Counted from the stretch's first letter, positions 21,066 to 30,082 are shown. The stretch is 64,000 nucleotides of DNA from an uncultured Actinomycetes bacterium (GCA_963796555.1 CAWCLZ010000006.1:14415-78414); one strand, 5' to 3'. Program-made: numbers and translations. The notes: a model not told the origin generated them from the sequence alone.

Positions 21066-21473
21066 CTAGCTCTTCGACGACTTCGCGGGCGCGTAGTGCG
21101 ACGGGCATTTCGCGATCAGGGAGTTCTTCTGCGCGACGAAGACGCCGTTGACCAGCGCTCCCTGAATCACGACGTCGCGGCCGGTCTTGAACTGGTCGGG
21201 AACGGTGCCGTGGTACACGACGGGGACGCGCGCCGGCGTCGCGCTGCCGATGTCCTTGAGGCGGAAGCGCATGCCGGCCGTCGTGTAGGCGGCGCTCGCC
21301 TGCGGGTTACCGACGACCTTGCCGATGAGCGAGACGTTGCCGGTGTGCCCCGCGAGGCTGCTCGGCGTCAGGTCGGCGACGCCGTTGCCGGCGACTGCCG
21401 TGTAGACGACGAAGATGGCGAGCGCGGCCGCCACCGAGAGGGCGATCACGAGCCGCGCAGGACTGGATCCCAC
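21066..21473 (-). CDS. ccmE: Cytochrome c maturation heme chaperone CcmE, Cys variant (CPSHY)
   Basis: TM anchor plus OB-fold (RFRLKD..VPVVYHGTVPDQFKTGRDVVIQG). The C-terminal AKCPSHY aligns to E. coli AKHDENY. Confidence 0.85.
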   Translation of the reverse strand: MGSSPARLVIALSVAAALAIFVVYTAVAGNGVADLTPSSLAGHTGNVSLIGKVVGNPQASAAYTTAGMRFRLKDIGSATPARVPVVYHGTVPDQFKTGRDVVIQGALVNGVFVAQKNSLIAKCPSHYAPAKSSKS

Positions 21474-21527
21474 GCGCGCATCGTAGCCCCGCTCGCCGCA
21501 GGCGAGCGCAGGTCAGCCGCTACCGGC

Positions 21528-21770
21528 TCAGCGCTTGGGGCTCTCGGCCGGCTTGCGGGCCGGAATGCGGTACCCGTGCTCGTGGCAAAGTGACCCCGGT
21601 GCGTCCTCGGTGAGCGCGTCGCAGTAGCCCTTCCCGTACGCGGCGCGCAGGAAGGCGGCGACCACTTCGAGGTTCCAGTCAGTCACGTCGAGCGTCTCGC
21701 GCCAGAGATCGGCCAGACGCAGGTCGATGTCGAGCTCGAGCAGGTCGATTCTGGACGGGCGCTTGGGCAT
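21528..21770 (-). CDS. Hypothetical small protein
   Basis: 80-aa ORF with coding-like composition. No family recognised. Confidence 0.5.
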   Translation of the reverse strand: MPKRPSRIDLLELDIDLRLADLWRETLDVTDWNLEVVAAFLRAAYGKGYCDALTEDAPGSLCHEHGYRIPARKPAESPKR

Positions 21771-21801
21771 GGCAAAAACGTAGAAACAGGGTCGGACGGC
21801 A

Positions 21802-21807
21802 TAGGCT
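21802..21807 (+). promoter_or_regulatory. Candidate -10 hexamer TAGGCT (leaderless)
   Basis: TAGGCT-N6-ATG(21814), no SD. Confidence 0.4.
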
Positions 21808-21813
21808 GGCCGG

Positions 21814-22632
21814 ATGGGCGAGATCCGCTATGGCCCGAGCGGGCTTCCCGAGGCGCCGACGTTCGAAGAATCGTTCGCCGCTCTGACGGCGGAGGGCTAC
21901 CGGGCCTGCGAGATCGGGTTCGCCGGTGGTTTCTGGCTCGACTACGACACGGCTCCGTTGTTCGGGGCCGCCTCGGACGCCGCCGACGTGGCCCTCTCGG
22001 TGCATGCACCGCTCGCCGCGTTCATGGGCCACGCCGAGCGCGGCAAGAAGTTCAAGATGGCGCTCGGGATGCTCGACCACACCGCCGGCCTCGCGAAGGC
22101 CTGCGGCGCGCGGCTCATCGTCTTCCACCCCGGCTTCCTGCTCGGCCGCGAGCGCGAGCAGACGATCGCGGACGTCGTGGACCAGCTCGGCGACCTGCGG
22201 GCGCGGCTCGAGGCGAAGGACCGGCTCGTCCCGTTCGGCGTCGAGGTGATGGGCCGCGTGCGCGACTTCGGCACGATCGACGACGTGCTCGCTATCTCGG
22301 CCGCTGTCGACTTCGTCCGGCCGGTGCTCGACTTCGCCCACATGCACGCCACGAGCGACGGCGCGTTCCTCGAGACGGACCGGTTCGCCGACGCTCTCGC
22401 CGGCGCGGACGGCGTGCTCGAGCCGGGGGAGCCGTTCCACATCCACTTCAGCGACATCCAGTACGCGAACCGCAACGAGACGAAGCACCTGCCGTACGGC
22501 GAGGGGACGCTGCGGGCCGAGCCGTTGCGGGATGCGCTCGCGCGGTTCGAACGCGCTGCGGTGGTCATCAGCGAGTCGCCGGACGCTGTGTCGACACGCG
22601 CGATCGCCGACGTCCTACTGGCGGCTGCCTAG
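21814..22632 (+). CDS. Xylose isomerase-like TIM-barrel protein (endonuclease IV family-like)
   Basis: CEIGFAGGFW, LSVHAP and LIVFHPG motifs typical of AP-endonuclease 2 / sugar-phosphate isomerase TIM barrels. Confidence 0.75.
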   Translation: MGEIRYGPSGLPEAPTFEESFAALTAEGYRACEIGFAGGFWLDYDTAPLFGAASDAADVALSVHAPLAAFMGHAERGKKFKMALGMLDHTAGLAKACGARLIVFHPGFLLGREREQTIADVVDQLGDLRARLEAKDRLVPFGVEVMGRVRDFGTIDDVLAISAAVDFVRPVLDFAHMHATSDGAFLETDRFADALAGADGVLEPGEPFHIHFSDIQYANRNETKHLPYGEGTLRAEPLRDALARFERAAVVISESPDAVSTRAIADVLLAAA

Positions 22633-23013
22633 CTAGGCCGGTTCGTGGCAGACGGCCTCGACGTTGTTGCCGTCGGGATCGAGGACGTAGCCGCCGTAGT
22701 AGTCGTCGTGATACCAGCGGATGCCGGGCGCGCCGTTGTCGGTGCCACCGGCCTCGAGCGCCGCAGCATGGAAGGCGTCGACGAGATCGCGGCTCTCCGC
22801 GGTGAACGCGAGGTGGAGCCGGCCACGCGCGGGCTCGCCGTGCGCCTCGAGGAAGAACGAGGGTCGGCCTCCGTCGTCCTTGCCGAAACCGGCGGCCGCA
22901 CCGGCGAACTCCAGCAGGAGCGAGTAGCCGAGCGGCGCGAGCGCCTCTTCGTAGAATGCCTTACTGCGTGCGTAGTCGGTGACGCCGATGCCGACGTGGT
23001 CGAGCATTCCCAT
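22633..23013 (-). CDS. VOC family protein (glyoxalase/bleomycin resistance/dioxygenase fold)
   Basis: MLDHVGIGVTDYARSKAFY... and DPDGNNVE motifs. AAGGAG SD 5 nt upstream of ATG 23013. Confidence 0.8.
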   Translation of the reverse strand: MGMLDHVGIGVTDYARSKAFYEEALAPLGYSLLLEFAGAAAGFGKDDGGRPSFFLEAHGEPARGRLHLAFTAESRDLVDAFHAAALEAGGTDNGAPGIRWYHDDYYGGYVLDPDGNNVEAVCHEPA

Positions 23014-23028
23014 CACGTCTCCTTTCGG

Positions 23029-23034
23029 TAGGTT
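23029..23034 (+). promoter_or_regulatory. Candidate -10 hexamer TAGGTT (leaderless phosphomannomutase)
   Basis: TAGGTT-N7-GTG(23042), no SD. Confidence 0.4.
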
Positions 23035-23041
23035 CGAGCCG

Positions 23042-24418
23042 GTGCTCGATCCGAAGGTATTCAAGGCGTACGACGTACGGGGGATCTATCCCGACGAGCT
23101 CGACGAGGCCGGAGCCGAGGCAATCGGTCGCGCGTACGTCGAGCAGTTCGAGCCGCGCCGGATCGCGGTCGGACGCGACATGCGGCTCTCGTCACCCACG
23201 ATGCAGGAGGCGGTGATTCGCGGCGCGGCGGCAGCCGGCTGCGACGTCCTCGACCTCGGCCTCGTCGGCACCGAGATGGTCTATTTCGCCGTGGGCTCGT
23301 TGGGCCTCGAGGGCGGCATCATGGTCACGGCCTCGCACAATCCGAAGCAGTACACGGGGCTGAAGCTCGTCCGCCGTGGCGCCCTGCCGGTCGGCGGAGA
23401 ATCGGGCCTCCTGGACGTCCGCGACCGCGCAGCGACCAATGCGAGGCGTTCGGACGGGCCACGACCCGGTAGCGGCCACCGTGACGTCTTTGTCACGGAA
23501 GGGTCAGTGGAAACTCACGACATCTGGACGGCGTACGTGGAGCGGGTCATGTCGTTCGTGGACGTGTCGTCGCTCAAGCCGTTGAAGGTCGTGATCGACG
23601 CCGCGAACGGGATGGCCGGCACGATCCTCCCGCCCGTGCTCGCGCGGCTGCCGATCGAGACCGTCCGCTGCTACTTCGAGCCGGACGGCTCGTTCCCGAA
23701 CCACGAGCCGAACCCACTCCTGCCCGAGAACCGCGAGTTCATCGTCAACAAGACACTGGCGGAGGGCGCCGACCTCGGGGTCGCGTTCGACGGCGACGCC
23801 GACCGCTGCTTCTTCGTCGACGACACGGGCGAGTTCGTTCCCGGCGACTTCGTGACCGCGCTGTTCGCCGAGAGCGTGCTCGCGAAGGAGCCCGGCGCGA
23901 AGGTCATCTACGACGTGCGCGCCAGTCGCGCCGTCCCCGACACGATCGCGCGGGACGGAGGCGTGGCACTCATGAACCGCGTCGGCCACGCGTTCATCAA
24001 GGCGCGGATGCGCAAGGAGGACGCCGCATTCGCCGGCGAGGTCTCCGGCCACTACTACTTCCGCGACTTCAGCCAGGCCGACTCCGGCGTCGTCCCGTTC
24101 CTGCTCATGCTCGAGCTGATCTCGACGAGAGGCCGGCGGCTGTCGGAGATCCTCGCGCCGCTCCGCGAGCGCTACTTCATCACGGGCGAGCTCAACACGC
24201 CGGTTCCGGACGTCGCCCTCAAGCTGCAGGAGCTGAAGGAGCGGTACGCCGCCGGGCGGGTCTCGCACCTCGACGGGATCTCGGTCGACTTCGACGACTG
24301 GCACTTCAACGTGCGCCCCTCGAACACCGAGCCGCTGCTCCGCCTCAACCTCGAGGCGACGTCCGAGGAGCTGATGGAGGAGAAGCGCGACGAGGTACTC
24401 GAGGTGATCCGCTCGTGA
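23042..24418 (+). CDS. Phosphomannomutase/phosphoglucomutase
   Basis: FKAYDVRG, active-site TASHNP, metal loop FDGDADR and GEVSGHYYF. Start set at the GTG preceding VLDPKVFKAYDVRG. Confidence 0.88.
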   Translation: MLDPKVFKAYDVRGIYPDELDEAGAEAIGRAYVEQFEPRRIAVGRDMRLSSPTMQEAVIRGAAAAGCDVLDLGLVGTEMVYFAVGSLGLEGGIMVTASHNPKQYTGLKLVRRGALPVGGESGLLDVRDRAATNARRSDGPRPGSGHRDVFVTEGSVETHDIWTAYVERVMSFVDVSSLKPLKVVIDAANGMAGTILPPVLARLPIETVRCYFEPDGSFPNHEPNPLLPENREFIVNKTLAEGADLGVAFDGDADRCFFVDDTGEFVPGDFVTALFAESVLAKEPGAKVIYDVRASRAVPDTIARDGGVALMNRVGHAFIKARMRKEDAAFAGEVSGHYYFRDFSQADSGVVPFLLMLELISTRGRRLSEILAPLRERYFITGELNTPVPDVALKLQELKERYAAGRVSHLDGISVDFDDWHFNVRPSNTEPLLRLNLEATSEELMEEKRDEVLEVIRS

Positions 24419-24819
24419 GCGGTGACTACGCCTTCGCCACCCAGACACGCGTCGGCTTCTCCGACACGGACGCCCAGAGCGTCGTCTACTACGGCCGCTA
24501 CAACCCGTTCTTCGACCTCGCACGGACGGAGTACCTTCGCTCGCTCGGCCTCCTCCATCGCGAAGTCGGCGGCGAGTTCGTGATGCGCGCGAACGACGTC
24601 GAGTACTTCGCGCCGGCCCGCTTCGACGACGCGCTCAAGATCCACATCCGGGTGGCACGGATCGGGCGGACGAGCATGACCTACGAGTTCGCGGCCCTCA
24701 AGGTTCCGGAGGAGACGCTGCTGGTCACGGCGCACCAGACGCTCGTGTTCATCGATCGCGAGACGCGCCGGCCGATCCCGATCCCCGACGAGTACCGGGA
24801 GCCGTTCGATGTCCGCTGA
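24415..24819 (+). CDS. Acyl-CoA thioesterase, 4HBT/YbgC family
   Basis: RVGFSDTDAQSVVYYGRY hotdog-fold motif. GTGA overlap with the upstream stop. Confidence 0.8.
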   Translation: MSGDYAFATQTRVGFSDTDAQSVVYYGRYNPFFDLARTEYLRSLGLLHREVGGEFVMRANDVEYFAPARFDDALKIHIRVARIGRTSMTYEFAALKVPEETLLVTAHQTLVFIDRETRRPIPIPDEYREPFDVR

Positions 24820-25108
24820 CGCCGACGAGCAGCTGCGCCGGACCGTGGCCGAGCTCGCGGCGCGGGAAGACTGTGCCTGGGCCGGGATCTTCTTCGTCGA
24901 GGAGGACAGCCTCGTGCTCGGGCCGGAGGCAGGCACGCCGGATCCCGAGCGGCGGACCACCGTCCCCGTGCGGTGGCGCGATACGCGGGTCGCCGAGCTC
25001 GCAGCCGACGGGACCGTCGCGCAGGCCGGCCTGGAAGCCGTCGCGAAGAGCATCGCTGACCTCTGTCTCGTCGGTTGGGACACCGGCGGCACGGTGTGGG
25101 AGAGCTGA
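24809..25108 (+). CDS. Hypothetical protein (small, possibly GAF-like)
   Basis: 99-aa ORF overlapping the thioesterase end by 11 nt. No firm family call. Confidence 0.5.
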   Translation: MSADADEQLRRTVAELAAREDCAWAGIFFVEEDSLVLGPEAGTPDPERRTTVPVRWRDTRVAELAADGTVAQAGLEAVAKSIADLCLVGWDTGGTVWES

Positions 25109-25129
25109 GTGGCAAAGCTGACAATCTGA

Positions 25130-25145
25130 TCCCTCGTTCGAGGGA
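25130..25145 (+). terminator. Palindromic hairpin TCCCTCGTTCGAGGGA downstream of the 24809-25108 gene
   Basis: Perfect CCCTCG/CGAGGG stem. The same stem recurs at 25210-25223 with the loop complemented. Confidence 0.45.
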
Positions 25146-25209
25146 CAGACCCCACTCCACCACTCGCCTGTCCCTCGAACGGGGTAACCCTCGGTCGGTG
25201 AGCCTGGAT

Positions 25210-25223
25210 CCCTCGAACGAGGG
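25210..25223 (-). terminator. Palindromic hairpin CCCTCG-AA-CGAGGG, 3 nt downstream of the rel stop
   Basis: On the rel strand it reads CCCTCGTTCGAGGG, identical to the hairpin the opposite transcript meets at 25131-25144. A degenerate third copy lies at 25171-25184. Confidence 0.45.
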
Positions 25224-25226
25224 GAC

Positions 25227-27434
25227 TCAGGACGGCGTGACGCGCCGCGCGTCGAAGACGCCGTCGACGTTGCGGAGCGAGCTGAGCAGGCCGCGCAGCG
25301 CCTTGACGTCGCCGACCTCGGCGACGTACCAGTTCCGCGCCATCTGGTCGTCGACGGTCCCGCCGTACGAAACGATGTTGGAGCCGTGCTCGGCGAACGT
25401 CCTGGCGACGTCCTCGAGCAGGCGCGGGCGATCCCACGAGTCCACCGCGATCTGGACGCGGAAGCTCTGGCTGCCGCCTCCCTCCCACTCGACCGGCGTG
25501 AACCGTTCGGGGTTACGACGCAGCGCGCGCACGTTCGGGCAGTCGCCGCGGTGGATCGTGATCCCCTTGCCGAGCGAGATGTAGCCGACGATGTCGTCGC
25601 CCGGCACCGGCGTGCAGCACTTCGCGAGCCGGACGAGCACGTCCTCGACGCCGATCACGTTGATCCCGTAGCTCTCGCTGCCGAGAGCCTCCCGCGCGCG
25701 CGGCTTCTTGACCGGCACCTGCTCCTCGGCGACCTCGGCCACCTTGAGCTGCTGCAGGACCTTGTCGACGATCTTGGAGGCGGTCAGCTTCCCGGAGCCG
25801 AGCGCGATGTAGAACTCCTCGGCCTTCTTGTAGCCGGATTCCCGGATCACGCCGGCGAGGACGGCCGAGCCCGCGAGCTTCTTGTACGGCAGGTTCTGGC
25901 CCTTGAGCGCGTTCTCGAGCGACTCGCGGCCCTTCGCCTCGAGATCCTCCTTCTGCTCGCGGGAGAAGAACTGGCGGATCTTGTTGCGCGCCCGAGACGA
26001 GGCCACGAGCGAGAGCCAGTCGCGGGACGGGCCGCGCGCGGCTGACTTGCCCGTCAGGATCTCGACGCGATCGCCGCTGCGCAGGCGGTAGTGGAGGGGG
26101 ACGATCCGGCCGTTCACCTTCGCGCCGACCGTGCGGTGGCCGACGTCGGTGTGGACTGCGTACGCGAAGTCGATCGGTGTCGCGCCGACCGGCAGCGTCT
26201 TCACCTCGCCCTTCGGCGTGAAGACGAACACCTCCTCGTCGAAGAGGTCGGTGCGGAAGCTCTTCACGAACTCGGCGGCGTCGTCCTCGTCGGCATTGAT
26301 GTCCATCAGCTGCCGCACCCAGGTGTTCCACTCCTCGTCGGCGCGCTTCGAGCGCCGCCCGTCCTTGTACGCCCAGTGCGCGGCGACGCCGAGCTCGGCG
26401 GTCTGCTGCATCTCGCGTGTGCGTACCTGGATCTCCAGCGGCCGGCCCTCCGGACCGATCACGGTCGTATGGAGGCTGCGGTAGCCGTTGAACTTCGGCA
26501 TGGCGACGTAGTCCTTGAACCGGCCGGGCATCGGCTTCCAGAGGGAGTGGATCAGGCCGAGCGCGCCGTAGCAGTCGCGCGTCCCCTCCTCGCCGTCGCG
26601 CTCGACGATCACGCGCATCGCCGTCAGGTCGTAGATCTCGTTGAACTCGCGGCCCTTGCGGGACATCTTGTCGTAGATCGAGTAGAAGTGCTTCGCGCGG
26701 CCGGAGATGTCGACGGGGATGTCGACCTTCTCGAGCTCGCGCAAGAGAACGTCGGCCGCTTCCGCGACATGGCCTTCGCGGTCGGCGCGGCGCTCGGCGA
26801 CCATCGTCTTGATCTCCGCGTACTTGCGCGGGTGGAGCGTCTGGAACGCGAGGTCCTCGAGCTCCCACTTGAGCGCGTGGATGCCGAGCCGGTGCGCGAG
26901 CGGCGCGTAGACCTCGAGCGCCTCGCGCGACTTCTGGATCTGCTTCTGCTTGCCGAGGTACTCGATCGTACGGAGGTTGTGGAGCCGGTCGGCGAGCTTG
27001 ACGAGGATGACGCGGACGTCCTCGGCCATCGCCACGACCATCTTGCGGTAGTTCTCGGCTTCGGCCTGCTCGCGGGTCTGGAACTGGACGCGGGTCAGCT
27101 TCGTGACGCCGTCGACGAGCAGGGCGATCTCGTCTCCGAACTCCTCGCGCAGCGTGTCGAGCTCGATGCCGGTGTCCTCGACGACGTCGTGGAGGAGCGC
27201 GGCGGCGATCGTCTGCCCGTCGAGGCGCAGGCTTGCGCAGATCGTGGCGACGCCCACGGGGTGCGTGATGAACGGCTCGCCCGAGCGCCGCTGCTGGCCT
27301 TCGTGCGCGGCGGCTGCGAAGCGGAAGGCTCGCGTGACGAGCTCGACGTCGATGTCGGCGGGCTGGGCGGCGAGCTCTGCGAGCAGCCCTTCGAGGAGCT
27401 CCTCGTGCCTCTCGCCTGCTTCCAGGGCCGTCAC
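25227..27434 (-). CDS. rel: Bifunctional (p)ppGpp synthetase/hydrolase (RelA/SpoT homologue)
   Basis: HD domain (HEGQQRRSGEPFITHP, LLHDVVEDT), synthetase domain (YRSLHTTV), then TGS and ACT regions. Start placed at GTG 27434 (VTALEAGERHEE). Confidence 0.9.
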   Translation of the reverse strand: MTALEAGERHEELLEGLLAELAAQPADIDVELVTRAFRFAAAAHEGQQRRSGEPFITHPVGVATICASLRLDGQTIAAALLHDVVEDTGIELDTLREEFGDEIALLVDGVTKLTRVQFQTREQAEAENYRKMVVAMAEDVRVILVKLADRLHNLRTIEYLGKQKQIQKSREALEVYAPLAHRLGIHALKWELEDLAFQTLHPRKYAEIKTMVAERRADREGHVAEAADVLLRELEKVDIPVDISGRAKHFYSIYDKMSRKGREFNEIYDLTAMRVIVERDGEEGTRDCYGALGLIHSLWKPMPGRFKDYVAMPKFNGYRSLHTTVIGPEGRPLEIQVRTREMQQTAELGVAAHWAYKDGRRSKRADEEWNTWVRQLMDINADEDDAAEFVKSFRTDLFDEEVFVFTPKGEVKTLPVGATPIDFAYAVHTDVGHRTVGAKVNGRIVPLHYRLRSGDRVEILTGKSAARGPSRDWLSLVASSRARNKIRQFFSREQKEDLEAKGRESLENALKGQNLPYKKLAGSAVLAGVIRESGYKKAEEFYIALGSGKLTASKIVDKVLQQLKVAEVAEEQVPVKKPRAREALGSESYGINVIGVEDVLVRLAKCCTPVPGDDIVGYISLGKGITIHRGDCPNVRALRRNPERFTPVEWEGGGSQSFRVQIAVDSWDRPRLLEDVARTFAEHGSNIVSYGGTVDDQMARNWYVAEVGDVKALRGLLSSLRNVDGVFDARRVTPS

Positions 27435-27565
27435 TGTCTCAGTGTACTCGCGGGGTTTCGGGCTAATCCTCGTGGGAGGAACGGCCGTTGGAGAAGCGAA
27501 ATGACGCGTTCCATGGCTGCATATCGCCGTTATCGCGCCGCTCTGCGGCTCGCGCTCGCGCTTGC

Positions 27566-28070
27566 TCAGTGCCTGAACGGCTCCGAGTAGACGACGCGGC
27601 CCTGCGGCAGCGCCGCTTCGGGCTCGAGCACCGCAACCTGGAACGCCCAGTCGTACAGCGCCTCCGGCGGAGGTAGCAGGGCCGAGCTCGTCGGCGCGGA
27701 CGAAGCCGAAGCGGCCGTAGTAGGCCGGTGCGCCCTCGACGAGGAGCAGCGGCTCGCCCGCGGCCCGGATCGCGTCGAGCGACGCGCGCACCAGCGCGGA
27801 GCCGTGGCCGCGGCGCTGGTGCGCCGGCAGGACGCCGAGCGGCGCGAGCTGGAGCACGCGCTCGTCCGTCTCCTCCAGCCAGTTCCACGTGTTCATGACG
27901 TGCCCCACGACGACGCCATCCTCCTCGGCGACGAAGGAGAGCTCCGGGACGTAGAGGTCCGACCGCTGGTGGAGCTCGGCGGCGATCCCGGCGACGTCTT
28001 CCTCGCCGAACGCGGCCCGGTGCACCTCGAGGATCGCGGGCCAGTCGTCCTCCGCGGCGAGCCGGATCAC
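27566..28070 (-). pseudogene. GNAT family N-acetyltransferase interrupted by a +1 indel
   Basis: N-terminal 133 codons are in the rel ORF frame (QRRGHGSALV, YYGRFGFVRADELG). The C-terminus LLPPPEALYDWAFQVAVLEPEAALPQGRVVYSEPFRH-stop continues in another frame after the G/C run at 27679-27683. Length is 505 nt, which is 3n+1. Confidence 0.6.
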
Positions 28071-29944
28071 GCCGCGTGCGCGAGCGGCGGCTCCGTCGCG
28101 AGGAGCGCACGGAAGCGGGGCGATTCGAGGAGGTCGCGGCGAGCGCCGTCCTCGAGGCCCAGCTCCGCGAAGATCGCCGTCGCTTCCGTGTCGCGCCCGG
28201 CCGCCACCTTGCGCCACTCCTCCGCGAGCCAGCCGCGCAGCTCTCGATAGCGCGGAGCGGTTGCGAAGACACGGCGGATCACGAGTTGCGGCGCCACCGT
28301 CCCGTTCCAGTGGTTTTCATCGAGGCGGAACGCGAGGTCATAGCGAGCGTCGGGGTTGATCGACTCGAGACGCGAACCCTGCCCGAACGCGATCGCGCTG
28401 CCGGCATCGCGGCCGTCCCGCCGGACCCGGAAGCGAAGATGCTTGCCGTCGCCCACGGTCGCCAGGTTGGTGAGCCCGCAGCCGGGAACGAGCAGCGTCG
28501 GTGCGGGGTTCCCGAGCCCGAACGGCGCAAGCCTCTGCAGCTCGCCGCAGAGATCGAGGGAGAGGTCGGTTCCCCGCGCAACGACGGCGTCGATCGAGGT
28601 CACCGGCTCGAGGTCCTCCTCGGCGAGCACCATTGCGGCCTGTTCGGCGAAGGCTGCTGCGAACGCGTCGACGTTCTCCTCCGCAATCGAGAGGCCGGCA
28701 GCCGCACGGTGGCCGCCCCAGCGCCCGAGCAGGCCGGAGCACGCGCCGAGTGCGGCGTGCAGATCGAAGGCGGCGATCGACCGGCCGGATCCCTTCCAGT
28801 CGCCGTCGGTGCCTGCGATGAGGACGACGGGGCGGTGGTAGCGCTCGACGAGCCGCGAGGCGACGATCCCGATCACGCCCTCGTGCCAGTCGGCGCCGGC
28901 CACGGCGTATGCATGCCGGGCGCGTTGCTCGGGCGGCCAGGCCTCGACCTGGGCCACGGCCTCACGGAGGATCCGGCCCTCGACGGCCTGCCGCTCGCGG
29001 TTCAGCTCCTCGAGCGATGCGACGAGGCGGCGAGCCTCCGCCTCGTCCTCGGTGAGAAGCAGCTCGAGCGCCTCCCGTGGGTGCCCGAGGCGTCCGGCGG
29101 CATTCAAGCGGGGAGCGAGCCGGAAGCCGACGGACCCGGCGTCGACCGTCGCCGGATCGACTCCGGCGCTCTGCATGAGTGCTCGGAGCCCGGGCTTCGC
29201 GGTGCGCGCAAGGGCGCGCAGACCGGCGATGGCAAGCGATCGGTTCTCGTCGACGAGCGGGACGACGTCGGCGATCGTCGCGAGCGCGACGAGGTCGAGA
29301 TGACGTCGTGGAACCTCGGAGTCGAGACCGAACAGGGCCTGGCCCAGCTTGTAGACGACTCCCGTCCCACACAGCTCGGGGAACGGATACCCGGACGGGC
29401 GGGTGGCGACGACGGGGCAGTCGGGCAACGTCTCGCCGGGCCGGTGGTGGTCGGTGACGATGACTTCGAGGCCGCGCTCTCTCGCCTCTGCGACTTCGGC
29501 GGCTGCCGTGATGCCGCAGTCGACCGTGAGGACGAGCCCGCAGCCGTCCTCCGCGAGCCGGGCCAGCGTCTCGCTGCGAACGCCGTAGCCCTCATCGAAG
29601 CGGCTCGGGAGGTGCCAGGCGACCTCGGCGCCGAGCTCGCGCAGGAGGAGGACGGCGAGCGTGGTGGCGGCGATGCCGTCGACGTCGTAGTCGCCGTGGA
29701 CGCAGATCCGCCGGCCTGCGTCCACGGCGGCACGGATCTGTGCGCAGGCGGCCTCCATGTCGCCGAGCAGGAACGGGTCGTGCGGCGGCTGCTCACCGTC
29801 GAGGAAGCTGCGCGCGGCGGCGGGGTCGGAGTAACCGCGCCGAACCAGAACGCCGGCCGTCAGCTCGGAGATTCCGAGGCCGCGGACGAGCCCGGCCTGG
29901 GCGTCAGGCGGGCAATCGGCGAGTGTCCAGGTGCCTTCGTGCAT
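28067..29944 (-). CDS. recJ: Single-stranded-DNA-specific exonuclease RecJ
   Basis: DHH motifs (VHGDYDVDG, TVDCG, VTDHH) and a DHHA1 region. ATG 29944 (MHEGTWTLADC). GTGA overlap with the GNAT start. Confidence 0.88.
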   Translation of the reverse strand: MHEGTWTLADCPPDAQAGLVRGLGISELTAGVLVRRGYSDPAAARSFLDGEQPPHDPFLLGDMEAACAQIRAAVDAGRRICVHGDYDVDGIAATTLAVLLLRELGAEVAWHLPSRFDEGYGVRSETLARLAEDGCGLVLTVDCGITAAAEVAEARERGLEVIVTDHHRPGETLPDCPVVATRPSGYPFPELCGTGVVYKLGQALFGLDSEVPRRHLDLVALATIADVVPLVDENRSLAIAGLRALARTAKPGLRALMQSAGVDPATVDAGSVGFRLAPRLNAAGRLGHPREALELLLTEDEAEARRLVASLEELNRERQAVEGRILREAVAQVEAWPPEQRARHAYAVAGADWHEGVIGIVASRLVERYHRPVVLIAGTDGDWKGSGRSIAAFDLHAALGACSGLLGRWGGHRAAAGLSIAEENVDAFAAAFAEQAAMVLAEEDLEPVTSIDAVVARGTDLSLDLCGELQRLAPFGLGNPAPTLLVPGCGLTNLATVGDGKHLRFRVRRDGRDAGSAIAFGQGSRLESINPDARYDLAFRLDENHWNGTVAPQLVIRRVFATAPRYRELRGWLAEEWRKVAAGRDTEATAIFAELGLEDGARRDLLESPRFRALLATEPPLAHAA

Positions 29945-30082
29945 GTCCAGCCAAGCTACGGGGGCGGGCGGACGGAATCGGCTTGACGACCTGGCCGAAC
30001 TGGACAGGCAGCTCCGCATCGCCGCGCTTTCGTGACGCAGTCGCGACCCATTCGTCACCGGTAAAACGGCACGCTTCCCGGT

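Noticed and set aside
23420-23500. Possible third, degenerate copy of the G-rich repeat element inside the phosphomannomutase insertion. The stem CCGTGAC-N6-GTCACGG shares the CGTGACGT word with the repeat flanks.
   Set aside because: Only an 8-nt word matches and the G-tract core is absent. This is compatible with chance.
25227-28217. Single 996-aa GNAT-RelA fusion protein.
   Set aside because: The GNAT C-terminus continues in another frame and the linking residues are out-of-frame sequence. It was called as rel plus a frameshifted GNAT gene instead.
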